DNA of 59,360 nucleotides, filler included. It is 5 parts of 5 records of this genome, joined end to end, with 100 filler letters (N's around TTAATTAATTAA, not from the genome) between each part and the next. Parts side by side here need not be neighbours in the genome. Positions count along the whole stretch, not along the records: positions 54,125 to 59,360 come from DRR723986_8547; 4 more parts are not named here. One strand, 5' to 3'. This document shows, piece by piece, positions 59,097-59,360 of this stretch; the stretch's first letter is position 1; every line of letters begins with the position of its first letter. The translations under genes were made by a program, and so were the position numbers. The notes below the pieces were generated by a model. It had not been told where the DNA came from. It ran no database searches and saw only the letters and a program-made list of their open reading frames with translations.

Positions 59097-59360
59097 TCAG
59101 TTCACCGAGGCGCTGCTTCCCTGTGGCATCCACATCTTTTCCAGCTGATAGAATTCGCGCACTTCCGGACGGAAGATATGCACGACCACATCGCCAGTGT
59201 CGATCAGGACCCAGTCACCGGAATCTTTGCCTTCGACCTTGGAGGTAAAGCCAAATTCCTGCTTCAGGCGATCCGTCAGCTTTGAAGCCATCGAAGATAC
59301 CTGACGGGTCGAGCGACCGGTGGCAATTACCATGTAATCGCCAATCTCCGTTTTGCCGCG
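59097..59360 (-). CDS. rsfS: Ribosome silencing factor, 5' end outside the window
   Basis: Frame open to the window end: RGKTEIGDYMVIATGRSTRQV...DWVLIDTGDVVVHIFRPEVREFYQLEKMW. Confidence 0.95.
   Translation of the reverse strand, partial: RGKTEIGDYMVIATGRSTRQVSSMASKLTDRLKQEFGFTSKVEGKDSGDWVLIDTGDVVVHIFRPEVREFYQLEKMWMPQGSSASVN

Overview
This window is not one genome region. It joins five unrelated contigs with four identical 100-nt spacers (N runs around TTAATTAATTAA) at 17122-17221, 29515-29614, 41168-41267 and 54025-54124. Taxonomic labels below are inferred from composition, gene content and gene order. (1) 1-17121, GC-rich alphaproteobacterium (Hyphomonadaceae-like): partial tRNA-Asp, AsmA-family protein, membrane GGDEF/EAL protein, a cysK-sseA-metC-DASS transporter cluster, polA, a divergent orphan cysteine-synthase/SbnA-like PLP enzyme, and the start of ilvD. 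(2) 17222-29514, AT-rich Flavobacteriaceae-like: T9SS cargo C-terminus, clpC, gyrA, TPR protein, NlpC/P60, thiolase, 7TM-HD phosphohydrolase, tRNA-Arg and a partial tRNA. (3) 29615-41167, Marinobacter-like gammaproteobacterium: aa3 cytochrome c oxidase locus, MATE, DoxX, 7TM-DISM diguanylate cyclase. (4) 41268-54024, Roseibium/Labrenzia-like alphaproteobacterium: FAD oxidoreductase plus DUF2783-like protein, chemoreceptor, sitABCD, RND pump, palindromic repeats. (5) 54125-59360, Roseobacter-group-like: glcDEF, DUF599, a secreted His-rich protein, flavodoxin-like protein, rlmH, rsfS. Most of it is core or housekeeping DNA. I see no CRISPR array, prophage, transposase or defence system, and no convincing large novel system. 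The best leads are small: the secreted protein with SOR/SoxZ-like His motifs (57626-57973), the orphan PLP enzyme (15634-16680), a perfect 23-bp inverted repeat around the sitA -35 box, and the glcD/DUF599 shared palindrome.
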